Source: Crassostrea angulata (lineage: Eukaryota). Taken from it: DNA of 64,000 nucleotides. Both the position numbers and the translations under genes were made by a program. Where the stretch lies: NCBI RefSeq assembly GCF_025612915.1, contig NC_069115.1, forward strand, positions 25,727,757 through 25,791,756, in the 5' to 3' direction. Position 1 is the stretch's first letter, and each line of letters opens with the position of its first letter. The notes below the pieces were generated by a model. The model had not been told where the DNA came from. It saw nothing but the letters and a program-made list of their open reading frames with translations, and made no database searches. Shown here one piece after another: positions 13,399 to 25,243 of this stretch.

Positions 13399-14226
13399 GG
13401 AGTTGATTTTAATCAACTCTCCTATGCAGTTACTCGAAAACCGAAAGTGAAAAAGTGTTTGGACCTAATCACAAATCAACACTGCTGACAAGACTTACTT
13501 CTTGAAAATGATAGAAAAATTCGATGTTATGTACTGTAGTTTCATTAATATTCAAGGGTATCAATTTTTGTGGATAAAGTGAAAATCACAGTTTCAAGGA
13601 TACGTAAATTCATGGCCAATGACACTTTCAATACAAAATGTTAATAGAAATTGCGTTTCAATGAACATTTAATTTCATGGATCAACTTAACAACGAAATC
13701 CACGAAAATTCGTATTCAACGAATATTGATGAAACCACAGTATGCTGAAGCATTGTTTTTCAAGGAAACTTATCTATAAACACTCTGAAAATAGTAAGAT
13801 TTTATATAATACGAACAATTTAGATATTTTTATAGTCTCATGTATTCCTACGCCAGAATTTAATAAAGTCTCCTTAAACCAAACGCTTGGCTGCCTCCGT
13901 AAATCTCTGACAAGCAGAGAGGCTCTCTTGCTTGTCGGAGATTAACGGAGACAGCCGAGTGTCTGTTTGCACGAGACTAGAGTTCGATGTCAATAGTGTT
14001 TGGATGCATACAAATTTTAGAATTGTTTCAATTACTAATACATAGTTTGCAATCTATCTTTAAATATTACACAACACGAGTCATATGGGGTTTCATGAAA
14101 TTCTTGCTGGAAAAGTATAAAAATTCATATTATAAAAAAGTGCGTAATTCAAATACAGACTAGAAACTAATTGCCATGCAAGATAAGTTGATTTTAAAAT
14201 AAATGATAATCGATAAAATCAACTCC
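13399..14226 (+). mobile_element. Non-autonomous element family Y, copy 1 (termini GGAGTTGATTT...AAATCAACTCCC; internal perfect palindrome around 13905-13960)
   Basis: other copies at 43225-43825 (+) and 53024-53681 (-); internal palindrome ggctg(c/t)ctccgtaaatctc(t/c)gacaagca...tgcttgtcggagatt(a/t)acggag. Confidence 0.6.
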
Positions 14227-14508
14227 CATCAGTACTTAGGTACTTTGATTATTTGTGGGAGTCAATGTTTGTAGGTAGCTAAAAATTTCCTGGCTCTTGG
14301 GGGTGTATTTCGTTAGTAGTTGGTAGTTCTATTTTGTAATTAAATATTTAACAAATACTTGTATATATAAGTTCGTGGGGATGAAAATTCATTGGCAAGG
14401 GTTACCCATGACAATGATGATACCACAGTATTCAATACTCTCAGAGTGCTTGTTTTAGTGTAATTTTGTTTCACATTATCTTTTTTCTTTTTTAATAGCA
14501 AGCATGTT

Positions 14509-14578
14509 ACAGGTGAAGAATGGATGATCAATCAACCAGGGGCTTACCTGCCAGATGTATATGAGGAGGTTAGAAATA
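14509..14578 (+). CDS. MVP: MVP exon; translation (N)KHVTGEEWMINQPGAYLPDVYEE
   Basis: acceptor ttttaatag|, donor GAG|gttaga; matches vertebrate [23 protein letters not shown]. Confidence 0.85.
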
Positions 14579-14694
14579 ATGCATTCTCTATAGAACATGT
14601 ACCTACATTTACCAAAAAGATATGAGTTTAGTAAGACATTTCTACCTATAATGCTGCGTTTTTAGCTCACTGAGACGAAATGTTGGCACCCAGA

Positions 14695-15228
14695 ACTGGT
14701 TATAGCTGCAGAACTGTAGCTCTCCGGGGAAAAAAATATTGTATATTTATTGCGCTAGTTTTCGACTAATTTACCTTATTTATACGCAAATTCTGTAAAA
14801 ACAATTAGTACCATTGAATTCTTCATGCAATTTACTACTGATATCGTCTCTTCACTTGCCTCAGATAGTCTTTTAAACACCATCACCAGTCCCGTAAATT
14901 CATATGGTGCACTTTGTTTACATGTAAAAATGGCGACTCTCGTTGTCGATGTAAATTCAACATACTTGATTTTCCGAGGTCGGTAGCGTGTTTCGGAGAA
15001 AGTCTGAGGCAAATAAAGAGGCGGTATCAGTAGTAAATTGCATGAAGAATTTAATGGTACTAATTGTTTTCACAGAATTTGCGTATAAATAAGGTAAATT
15101 AGTCGAAAACTAGCGCACGTTTTTCTGCGCAATAAATATACAAATTTTTCAATGGGTGGCCGTGTAGCTCTCCGGTCTGTCAATATTTTTTTCCTGGAGA
15201 GCTACAGTTCTGCAGCTAAACTGGTTAA
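14695..15228. mobile_element. Foldback element with ~35-bp terminal inverted repeats and ~95-bp internal inverted arms
   Basis: ggttatagctgcagaactgtagctctccgg (14698-) vs ccaggagagctacagttctgcagctaaactgg (15193-); 14752-14845 is the reverse complement of 15022-15120. Confidence 0.7.
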
Positions 15229-15239
15229 TGTTTTTGATG

Positions 15240-15660
15240 CATGTCCTGTATCTAAGTTAATATTTGTCCTATCTTCACTAAACTTGCATGGATAATGCAT
15301 CTGGACCTACTTATGGACTTTACAAGACTTGGATGCTGAATTTTGGCCATGAATTTCAGATGCTGGAGGAAGCAAAGGTTTTTGGAGCAGGTTAAAGATT
15401 TTGGAGCAGGTGCCCTTTATTAGCCATTTCTAAGTTACCATTGGTCTTAACTTCACCAACTTGCATGGATGATGCGTCTTATGCTACTGATGCACCTGAC
15501 AGGCTGAAATGCTAAATCTGAGTCAAAGGTTTCAGATGCTGGAGGAGGTTAAGGTTTTTGAAGCTGGTGAAAGCTTATGGAGCAGGTGCCTTTTGATGAT
15601 TATAGTTATGACTGGTCATAACTTACCAAACTTGCAAGGATAGTGCATCTTTTGAATTTA
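15240..15660. repeat. ~190-bp tandem repeat, ~2.2 units (family of 246-420)
   Basis: ttcaccaa(a)cttgcatggat(g/a)atgc(g/a)tct...gatgctggagga(g/a)g... reiterated. Confidence 0.8.
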
Positions 15661-15699
15661 TTATGCAAAATATTCTTCAATCATAATTATAGTGTCCCG

Positions 15700-16430
15700 C
15701 TCTGCAGGCGCCCTATAGGGATCAGTCTATCCATCCATTCTTCCGTCTTTTGGTCCTTCCATCCATCTGTCCATCCAAGATTGCTTGTCTGAAGGATATC
15801 TTCTCTCTCCTTGCCAAATCTGGCTCATACTTCACCTACAGAGTGCCTTTGGGTAATACGTGTGTAATGATCTTGAACCATATTTCTAGAATTAAGGTTA
15901 CGGTCATAGCAGAATTATAAATACAATTCTTTTGCGGGTCATATCTTCTCTCCTTTTTGTCCAGTCTAGGTAATACTTCATTCACAGAGTGTCTACGGTT
16001 GAAGGGTTTGCAGTGACCTTGAATGAAGTTTGTACATGTAGGTCAAAGGCCATGGTCATATAGGACTATGCAAAAATCCTTTTTTCAAAGTATATATTTA
16101 CTTTCTACTTAGCCCTATTTGGCTAATACTTCACATAAACAAAGCTTATGAAGAATGGGTGTGTAGTGACTATGAACCAATTTCAAGGTCAAATGTGAAG
16201 GTCATTGGAGAATTTATTAAAAATCTTTGTCTGGAGCACATCTTTTCTCCCTATGATCCAATCTGGCTCATACTACATGGTGCCTTTAATCAAAGGGTAT
16301 GCAGTGACTTTGAAGTTAGTAGATCAAATGTCAAGGTCATTTGAGATCCAACAAAGTTATATGTCAAGGTCAAACAAAATTCTCAAAAATTCTTTTCATC
16401 CTTATGTCCACTATTTAAGTGGGGCCCTTT
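15700..16430. repeat. Palindrome/CY-rich head followed by ~4 diverged ~150-bp tandem units (ctggctcatacttcac...motif)
   Basis: head ccatccattcttccgtcttttggtccttccatccatctgtccatcc then units starting ~15793, 15941, 16090, 16240. Confidence 0.55.
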
Positions 16431-16861
16431 GAGATGGTCACCATCTCAATGTTGTCTAGTTTGTTTAGCTATACTGCAGTAATCTCTAATTTTCGTTGAT
16501 TAAAACTGTTCTTAATAGCTTTTTATCTGTTCACTTTGTGCGTCATCAAGAGGCAGATGACGTTGTAGTAAGCTGTGCAGCGAGACTGGCCTTTCGCTTT
16601 TATTCTGAGAGTGTAGGATTTTTTTTAATTGATGACAGCGCTGTAAATAATGAATTATGCTGGTAGTTATTATTAGAATAAGGATATTTTAACAGCTAAT
16701 TGATGCATATTTAAATTATTTTAAAGGATTGCATGTCATTTTGATGTCATAATGTGCAATTTTCTATCTTTTTTTTCTATAAATGAATTTCATTGCAGGC
16801 ATAACAGTGCTGCGATTGATTATATAATATAACTGTTATGGACTTTATTATAGGTTGATAT

Positions 16862-17005
16862 GTGGTTATATGGGCCCATGTTTAGTGATATCAACCTCAG
16901 ACACAGAAAGAGATACTGACTCGCAAGCTGGGTTGATATCACTTTCTGTGTCTTTAGTCGATATCACTTGACAGTTAATTGGGTCCATATAACCACATAT
17001 CGACC
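16862..17005. repeat. Long imperfect hairpin (~65-bp arms)
   Basis: atgtggttatatgggcccatg...gatatcaacc...cagacacagaaag mirrors ctttctgtgtct...ggttgatatc...tgggtccatataaccacat. Confidence 0.8.
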
Positions 17006-17034
17006 TATAATGAAGTCCAGAATTGTATAATGTG

Positions 17035-17600
17035 ATATTGTATGATATAATATACATGTATAATTGAATCACATAATATTATATCATATGATAATGAAAT
17101 GAATAATATTTTATCATACGATAATGAAATACATAATATTTTATTATATGATACCATATTGTATAATTATATAATCTTACCTCTTGCTAAACTTTAAGGA
17201 AATTATTTGTTAACAGCAGTCACGTGGGGACGATGTATATCCCGTACATATATATAACTTATAATATAATATTGTTTCATGTGAAATGATATCGTATAAT
17301 ATGATATTGTATTATATATTATTGCATCACATGAAATTGTATCATATGATATTGTGAAATATAATATTGTAACATACAAGATTGTATTATATAATAGAAT
17401 ATTTTATCACATGATTGTATCATATATTACAATTTCATATTACGTATCATATAATTATTATATGATACAATATCATACACTAGAATATTGTATGATGTCA
17501 TATCATTTGTATAGCATGATAAAATACCATATCATTTTATATGAAACAATATCACTTTTTGATATAATGTTAAATGTAGCAATATCATATTGAATCATTA
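17035..17600. repeat. AT-rich palindromic minisatellite-like block (same family as 2161-2900)
   Basis: atgatattgtat / atacaatatcat motif reiterated. Confidence 0.8.
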
Positions 17601-17625
17601 TGTATTACAGTATTATTATGTCCAC

Positions 17626-18033
17626 CTTCGAAGAAAGGAGGGAATATTGCTTTGCTGCTGCTTGTCTGTCCGTCTGTCTGTCGGTCGGTTGACCAACAAT
17701 TTCCGTTCATTTTCATTTTCAGGGATATTGTAATGATATTTGGTATACAGCTTTATCATGATGATATCTAGAGCAAGTTCGATACTGGGTATGATCGAGC
17801 AATTTTTGACAGAGTTATGCCCCTTGGACATAGAAAAATTCCAAATTATTTGCAGTTTCCACTCATTTTTTTTGCATTTGCAGAGGATGATTATATTGAA
17901 ATGAAATTTAATATGCAGATTTACCTAATAATATATAGGTCAAGGTTGATTTTTGGCAGAGTTATGCACTTAGGTATTGAAAAATTTCAATTATTTGCAG
18001 TTAACATTCATTTTACCAAAGGAGGGGGCATAA
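17626..18033. mobile_element. MITE with TIRs TTATG(T/C)CC...GGGGGCATAA, (GTCY)n and an internal ~155-bp tandem duplication
   Basis: ttatgtccaccttcgaag...gctgcttgtctgtccgtctgtctgtcggtc... ends ...ggagggggcataag; homologous copy 38267-38694; fragment 29898-30140. Confidence 0.65.
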
Positions 18034-18469
18034 GTGTTTCACAAACATCTGTTGTATTGTATCATATGATATATCTTATGACTCAACATTGTATGGTATT
18101 ATAGGATGCAATATCAAACTTTATATTATTGTATTGGTTAACATTATATAAATAGTGCCTGTTTGGGAGGGTAACAGTTGAAATTGACATCCCGAGAAAA
18201 CCATTGTCAACCGACGCGAATTTATTTTGTTATACTGAATGTCTTAATTTTAAAGAAAAGGACTAAGTGCGGTTTTATACAATTTTTGCCCCCAAAATCA
18301 AAGTTTCAGAAAGAGCTTTAAAATAAGGTGAAAGATAGTTAAAATCATATTGGAAATAACGGTGTAAAAGGTTATCACCACAGTGACATCATAATGTAGA
18401 AATGATGTCATGATTATTGCATTATTTTGATAAATTGATGTTTTGTAACAAAATATGGGTGTTTTCCGA

Positions 18470-18850
18470 TGGTTTTTCGACTGGGAAACATCGAGCGCAG
18501 GCTTGCTCAAGTACCATTTTTTAGTATAATATGTATAACTATCTGAAGAAAGACATATGTTAAAATCGCACTTGAGCAGACCTGCGCTCTATACTTCCGA
18601 ATGCAAAATATAGAGCAAAAATGAGAATATCTTCATTTGTTTGCAAATTTGCGGGAATTAGGTCATTTAAGTGACGTCATAGATAAACAGCGAGTGAGCA
18701 ATGATGACTAAAATCAAGATTAAAGTTAAAGGCATCCTCTTTACAATGATTTGTGAAGATTTCATTTTTATACGATACTATTTAAAAATTGGTTGAAATC
18801 GGGGGCAGATATTTGACCATACCGCACATAGTCCTTTTACTGCTTTTATT
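18470..18850. repeat. Dispersed repeat family Z, uninterrupted copy (the empty-site counterpart of 59740-61080)
   Basis: ...aaattggttgaaatcgggggcagatatttgaccataccgcacatagtcc... is contiguous here but split at 59971/61031. Confidence 0.75.
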
Positions 18851-19012
18851 ATAGGAATAACGTGAATTCTACAGCGCATAATTTTTGCGCATGTAACAAT
18901 TTGTATTGTTACCCGTTGCTAAGTGCGTTGCTAACGCTGAGGGTAATAGATCGGATTATGAACTGCGTCTTAACCAATCAGATTTCAGTATTTTACATGA
19001 AAGTATAACAAT

Positions 19013-19150
19013 ATATAAATAGTGCCTGTTTAGGAGGGTAACAGTTGAAATTGACACCCCAAGGAAACCATTGTTTGACAATGTTTGACAATGGTTATCG
19101 AGGGGTGTCAATTTCAACTGTTATCCTCCCAAACAGGCACTATTTATTTT
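19013..19150. repeat. Long near-perfect hairpin (~60-bp arms) immediately upstream of a HINE-like head
   Basis: aaatagtgcctgtttaggagggtaacagttgaaattgacacccc ... ggggtgtcaatttcaactgttatcctcccaaacaggcactattt; a single arm occurs at 18150-18195. Confidence 0.85.
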
Positions 19151-19950
19151 ATTGTCCCCCGCCGCAACGCGGAGCGGGGACATAGAAATGCCGGGCGTCC
19201 GTCTGTGGGTCCGTGTGTCTGTGGGTCTGTGTGTCCGTGCGTCCGTGTGTCCGTCCGTCACACTTTTTTGTAAGCGCTCTCATGCCTACAAATTTTGACG
19301 GATTTTCATCAAATTTATACCAAATGTTTATACAACTCTTACCTTGGTCAAGTTCGAAAATCAGCATTGGAGGATACTTTTTGTTGGAGTTATGGGACTT
19401 TGACCACAATAATGACTCCCTTTTATCCAAAAATTGACCTTGTAAGCACTCTCATGCCTTCAAATTTTGACGGATTTTCATTAAATTTATACCAAATGTT
19501 TATACCACTAATACTTTGGTCAAGTTCGAAAATCAGCGTTGGTCGATACTTTTTGTTGGAGTTATGGGACTTTGACCACAATTATGACTCCGTTTTATCC
19601 AAAATTTGACCTTGTAAGCGCTCTCATGCCTACAAATTTTGACGGATTTTCATTAAATTTATACCAAATGTTTATACCACTAATACTTTGGTCAAGTTCG
19701 AAAATCAGCATTGGTCGATACTTTTTGTTGGAGTTATGGGACTTTGACCACAATAATGACTCCGTTTTATCCAAAATTTGACCTTGTAAGCGCTCTCATG
19801 CCTACAAATTTTGACGGATTTTCATTAAATTTATACCAAATGTTTATACCACTAATACCTTGGTCAAGTTCCTAAATCAGCCTTGGTCGATAGACTCGAT
19901 ACTAGTATACTGCTTGACCGGCGGGGGACCCAGGAATTCTATTCTTGTTA
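19150..19950. mobile_element. Satellite-carrying element, copy B (palindrome 19154-19181, (GTCY)n, array, tail 19890-19950)
   Basis: same head, same 3.5-unit array and same tail (tactagtatactgcttgaccggcgggggacccaggaattctattcttgtt) as copy A at 615-1530. Confidence 0.65.
19270..19870. repeat. 172-bp tandem repeat, 3.5 units (unit starts 19270, 19442, 19614, 19786)
   Basis: same monomer as 729-1330. Confidence 0.9.
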
Positions 19951-20159
19951 TACTGAATGTCTTTAAAAAATTTTAGAGAATTGTTTACTGCTTTTATATA
20001 GAAATGACATGAATTCTACGGCGAACCGTATGCGCATGATTTACGCGCATGTAACAATTCGTTGTGTTACCTGTTGCTAAGTGTGTATCTAACGCTGAGG
20101 GTAATAGAACGGATTATCAACTGTGTGTAAACCTATCAGATTTCAGTATTTAGCATGAA

Positions 20160-20345
20160 AGTATAATAATGTATTTTATAATACTGTATGAAATTCACAT
20201 TTTTCCATTTTCTAACATATGATATACGACATAGTGTCAAACCACACTACAGTATCCATTAATATCCAAGATCATTTACTATGATTTTCATATAATATGA
20301 ATAAAGTAGTCTCATAAAGGTGATGCTCCGTCTTGATGACTGTCA
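20160..20345. repeat. Copy of the tail repeat seen at 7485-7680, followed by hairpin gtcccctaccggttttcaccggaggggac and (GTCY)n (20371-20432)
   Basis: direct alignment; palindrome and microsatellite read directly. Confidence 0.6.
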
Positions 20346-23300
20346 TTATCTGTGATTACCTATGTTTTTAGTCCCCTACCGGTTTTCACCGGAGGGGACT
20401 ATAGCTTTCCTCTGCGTCCGTCTGTCTGTCCCACTTCAGTTTTCCACACTTTTTTCTTTATGCGTTTGAGGAATAATATTTTTGCTGAACAGCTTCAAAA
20501 TGTCAAACTACAGATCAAGTTTACACTTTTGTAGCGTCTGGTTGACATATTTTCCAGAAAATTAATGTTTTATATTCCAATTTTTTAATGTTCGGGTTCG
20601 ATATTCTGCATAAGAATGCATTGTTTTCACAATTTTCATAAACCGGTAGGGGACGTGTATTGCTTATGAAATACTCTCAGAATGCTTGTTTTTATTGTTT
20701 AGGCTATAGTTTGCAAGTGTTTTTCAGCAAGAAAAATCAAAATGCAGGGATCAGTTAAATTATGATAAGGATATTACAGTCCTTGAAATGTTCTACTTTC
20801 CCATTTTTCTGTGCTTTTACCATGTGCTCACCATGCCTTCACTTGTGCTTTCCACCCAGCTTGCGCTCACCGTTCATTGTGCGTTTACTGTGCATTCACA
20901 AAGCATACATATTGTGCTTACCGTTCGTTCAGCGTTCACTTATCGTTCAGTCTGTTTTAATTTATTTTGATTTGGAACACCAAAGTATGAATTGGAAGGA
21001 AACTGAAACATTACTTTAATCAAAATTTAATCCATATATTTAAAGTTCACATTATTGAGCAGGTCCTTAACTACAAGAATAGTGTTGATGTCTGATCAGA
21101 AATATATACAATATTTCTGAAAGTTTAAGTAAAATTATATTTCACATAAATACATCGCAACGTATTCGGGGTTCAGCCTTCTATACTATTACAGATGCGT
21201 ATTTACCGTAAACAAAACACATGCAGGGCTCGCGAAGAATCTCCTGGACAGGTTTGTTGATAAAAATATGTCTTTTCTACTTCTCATAGGTAATAAATGT
21301 TCAAAGTTTTTAAAATCACCACAATTATTATTTTGTTAGCATGTATTTTTCGTGTTTAGTATAGGAGTTGCTACAACCTAAATTTATTTTTATAAATGAG
21401 GCCCCTTGAGGGGTTATTTGACATATATATGTCTATTCATTTTAAAATGAACCTGAATTGGTAAACCATTTATAAATTATCAAGTAAGAAAGGATGTGTT
21501 TCATTTAGAGAATCGCTTTAACCTCGTTTTCCATGATGACAGTAGTGGGACAAAGATCTTGTAGTTTTCAGCACGTGTCAATTACTGTCAATCAAAGTCC
21601 ACATGGTACAAATAAACGATTTAAGATAATTCCGGTTTGTACGACCCTTGAATTTCCGGAAGCTCATAATTACGTTAATTAAGTATGTGAAAGGGATTTT
21701 CATGTATTTCAACTATTACAATAAACGTTATTTCTTATTTCCTAACTATACAATAGATAAATCTAAAGTTATTCACACATGTGTTTTCAGCTGTACTGTC
21801 TCTTTAAACAATAAATAAAAGTTCTTTATCTGCTTAATTCATTATGATACACTATGGCCAACGCGGTTTGCGTATTTACCGCAAGTCCTCGTGGTGTGAA
21901 AAAATTGATTGCGGTTTAGCACAGGTAACTCAGGTAAAACCAGGCATCCTCGTGGTACAGCTTCTCACCTTGTCCACACCTTCGCGGTACCGTGGAACCT
22001 GAGTCTCAGGTGAAAACTGTTCTTGTTTTTAACGCGAGTTACCTCCCCCAATTTCTTCTCATATGGGAAATGTGACTGTTGGTATTAATGAATATTAGTT
22101 CATATTCATTTATTTCATAAATGGAGTTGATTGTTACAAATAATTATTATTAAAAAAAAATAGAGAAATAAAAGGAACATATGTAATTATGTTTATTCAA
22201 AATATTTTATACTGTTTTGTATGCTCGATAGCATTATTACATATAATTTAATTTTTGTACATTCAACGCTGATAATTATCGGTTATCAATTAATTCAATT
22301 AGTAACCATTTCACCAAAATATCCTATTTAGCCTCGGGAAAGGGGATACTAAATGGTGTTCCATTTACAATCTTTCATAATTAGTTCTTACCATCAAACA
22401 TTCCTTACATTTGGTAATTTCTCTTAAATACGTTTATAGAATTATTGAATAGCAAAATACATGTAGGGTAAATAGAGGTAAAATGTTTTAAAATGCATTT
22501 GCTTATCAACGCTACAACCCGAGTTTCGATCCCTGCAATCGACAGCGGTTTTATGTGAATGGGTATGGTGGTCGCCCGCTTGGACTCATGGTTTTTTTCG
22601 GGTACTCCGGCTTCTTCCTACATCAATGACCCCCTCGCGCTAACATCCACGACATCAAAAGATATATGAATATAAGCTGTACACTAGAACCTGTTTATCA
22701 ATCGTTGTAAAATAGATAAGGTTCAGTCTGTATAAGAAAATGTTAATGTTAACGTCGTTTGTATTTAAAAACTGACTTATTCCTCTCCGATTTGGCAAAA
22801 GTATGATGTTCAATGGGTCACCCAATACTTATGTTGGTCGTTCAAAACCCGGGATTTAAAAATACAAATGATTATATATTCTGGGGAATCCATCACATGT
22901 TAAAATTTCGCAGTGATAGTTGACCAACCGAGGATGGGGAGTTGTGTAACATTACGTGTACAGTATGTGTATACAAAATTTGTGTGGCTGTCGTCGGGGT
23001 GGGTGCCCTGCAGCAATTGGTGTGACTTGGGTTATGCTAAATAGAAGTATATAGTCTGTTTTTACAAACAGCGAAATTTTCTTGATAGAATAATTTAATT
23101 TTAACCAAATGAAAATTTTGTTTTTTAAATTTAAATTAAAAAAAAAAATTCTTCTGCGTATTTATAACACAATGTCTACAAAATACATCTATGAAATAAC
23201 CTCTTAATGATATACTTAACACTCGATTAAAATACAATTAACAGACTATAATCAGGACTGGAGATAGTAATCGAGAACACAGTTACAGTAATTTTTTATA

Positions 23301-23522
23301 CAAACATCTAGTATTTGTACTTTCCAAAATGGTAAAAATGTGATTGTTTGAATGAATGTAAACTTTGAATCACTATAGGAATCATTATATGAACATACGA
23401 TTTGTGTGTTTGTGTGCATAAGTAAAAAATTTTTTTTAAAGATATGTGATACATTATCTATTCCTCTAGCCATGTTAAAAATTAAGAAAGTTTTAATTTT
23501 CAAATTTCTTGGAATTTTATAT

Positions 23523-24378
23523 CAGGGCTCTACATTAACTTTTTTTCCTACTTGTCCATTCGGACAAGTGACCAAGATATTTACTTGTCCGAACTTCAAC
23601 TTCACTTGTCCAAAAACTTTTCAATATTAAAGATCAAATATTGTCAACTTGAAAACTACAGTTCTGTATTACTAAAATAAAGTCATTTATTGATTATTCT
23701 TGCCATAATTAATAACCTGACTTCTTAAATGGAAACTTAATTTTCCATTTAAGAAGTCAGGTTATTAATTATGGCAAGAATAAAACTTACATTTAGGAAA
23801 GACACTTTAATTAAAGTGTCTTTCCTAAATGTATTGGTTCCATATAGCATTAAACATGATTTGTCAGCTGTAGCTTTGTCATGGCAAATTACAAGCCATT
23901 TTAAATTTAGCATCAGGTTTTAAGATACATGTAACTCGTATATTGATTTCTCATCTGTTTTTTAAACTAAACATGGAAAGTCATCATAGTCTATCAATGA
24001 TGAATGAAACCTAATATAAATTACATTTCTTTCCATAATCCTGAAGTTTATCTTTGCTACCTGTTCTTCCTTTCATGTTGATAACGTGTGTTTGGTACTG
24101 TGTAAGAACTAAGATCCACACCTTTACAGTTTAATATTGAAAGTTGTTTGTAATTAGTGAACTTCAATCCCGATCAAGTTGAAGTCGGGATCGAAAATCA
24201 AAATAACTAATCGATAAACTTATAACGGGACTATCACAACACTTTCTTTACTCTTTATGTTGGAGACTTCTTTACATAAAAATGCACTTGACTGGACAAG
24301 GGGCAAGCAATATTCACTTGTCCGTATATTTTTTTAACTGGTACCGGACAAGCGGACAAGCGTTAATGTCGAGCCCTG
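23523..24378. mobile_element. Non-autonomous DNA transposon (856 bp) with 17-bp TIRs CAGGGCTC(T/G)ACATTAAC, subterminal TTGTCCG/CGGACAAG repeats, two internal perfect hairpins
   Basis: left cagggctctacattaac vs revcomp of right gttaatgtcgagccctg; flanks tat/tat; superfamily uncertain (hAT-like terminus CAGGG). Confidence 0.55.
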
Positions 24379-24798
24379 TATGTATTTTGATTTAGGGGGA
24401 AAGAGAGAAAGAAAGTGAGTGAGAGAGAAGGTGTCTCAACATTTGATAAGATTTCTCACGGCACGTGGACAGAGCACGGATGCTGTCATAGGCAGGAAGA
24501 GTTATGTAATAGTTATACACAACCAAAAACACGTGGATATCTTTTCTAAAATTTTTGCTGTACTTGTGATTTTCTATATACATGTCTGAATCGTGCATTA
24601 TATTATCTTCATGCTGTAAAGATAGAAGCGTATATATGTTCAGGGACTTAAATATACGTCCATGGTATGATATATTTCCAAAAACGCCCGTTACAACATC
24701 ATATGTGCTTATGTAGAGATCTGCGTTTCAACCAGAATGCCGTTACGGCTACATGTACTATTTTACCAGATTACATAAAATATTAGTTATTTGATATG

Positions 24799-24801
<3 letters not shown>

Positions 24802-24858
<57 letters not shown>
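24802..24858. repeat. (GA)n microsatellite
   Basis: direct reading. Confidence 0.95.
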
Positions 24859-24862
<4 letters not shown>

Positions 24863-25084
24863 GTCTCACGGCATGTGGTCAGAGCTCGAGTGCAGTCACA
24901 GACAGAAAGTATTATGTAATAGTTACACACCTGTAAACACAGGAATTTTTCAATGTACCTGTCTGAATTATGCATTGTTTGTGTTCGAATATAGACGGTC
25001 TACCTAAAGTGCGTACGATATTTATTGTCAACCTTATATAGTAACGCGTTATTGCATAAATCAAACTCCTTTAATGTTTTACTT

Positions 25085-25205
25085 TTTAGCTCACCTGAGC
25101 TAAAAGCTCAATGTGAGCTATTCTGATCACATTTTGTCTGTCGTCCGTCTGTCTGTCCGTCTGTCTGTAAACTTTTCACATTTTCAACATCTTCTCAAGA
25201 ACCAT

Positions 25206-25243
<38 letters not shown>

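Noticed and set aside
22500-22640. gagtttcgatccc-containing stretch that resembles a tRNA T-arm
   Set aside because: No acceptor/D-arm pairing could be drawn; too weak to call.
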